64,000 nt of DNA from the human T2T-CHM13v2.0 reference genome, Homo sapiens, in assembly GCF_009914755.1 (NCBI RefSeq), contig NC_060926.1. One strand, 5' to 3'. The notes under the pieces were generated by a model that was not told the origin of the DNA, did no database searches, and worked only from the letters and a program-made list of their open reading frames with translations. Made by a program: the position numbers and the translations under genes. Shown here piece after piece: positions 63,633-64,000 of the stretch (position 1 is the stretch's first letter; each line of letters begins with the position of its first letter).

Positions 63633-64000
63633 TTATGATCAGTTGATTTTTGGCAAGGGTGCCAGGGCTATTCATGGGAAAAGAATAGCCCTTTCAACAA
63701 ATAATGCCAGGACAATTGGCTAACCTCATGCAAAAGAATGAATCTGGACCCCTACCTCACACCTTATACAACATTAACTCAGTATGGATCAAAGACTTTA
63801 ATATAAATTATAAACTACTTAAAAAGAAACAATTGAAAATCTTCATGACCCTGGATTAGGCAACAGTTCCTTAGATATGACAGCAATAGTACAAACAACA
63901 AAAGAAAAAATAGGTAAATTGGACTGTATTAAAATTAAAGACATTGTGTGTCAGAGGACACTATCAAGAAGTGAAAAGGCATCTACAGAATGGGAGAAAA
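63633..64000 (+). mobile_element. L1M (L1MB/MC) ORF2 fragment running off the window
   Basis: gatttttggcaagggtgcc..ttcaacaaat..gcaaaagaatgaatctggacccctacctcacacc..ggattaggcaac. Confidence 0.85.

Overview
Primate (human-like) genomic DNA, dense in Alu, L1, L2, MIR, LTR and DNA-transposon relics. I recognise it from memory, not from a database search, as the 5' end of TANK (TRAF family member-associated NF-kB activator, human 2q24). It contains an upstream kB/CCAAT/ETS promoter with first exon (~23208-23311) and a CpG-island promoter with first exon (~46675-46733) about 23.5 kb downstream. The exon carrying the canonical MDKNIGEQ start should lie just beyond the window end. Nearly all listed ORFs are Alu, L1 or chance ORFs, and there is no prokaryote-type system here. 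The most interesting signals are four. (1) Three alternative TANK 5' exons all end in phase 2 (AG|gt) with open frames and could give different N-terminal extensions; one resembles the mouse Tank N-terminus but has lost its AUG. (2) There are two old, locally templated insertions: a direct copy dropped into a FAM monomer, and an inverted copy that preserves a pre-AluJ empty site. (3) There is a compact intronic IRF/STAT/kB motif cluster. (4) A ~14.5 kb nested antisense L1 block with a full-length L1PA8 separates the two promoters. Repeat subfamily names and most repeat boundaries are by-eye approximations unless a target-site duplication (TSD) is quoted.
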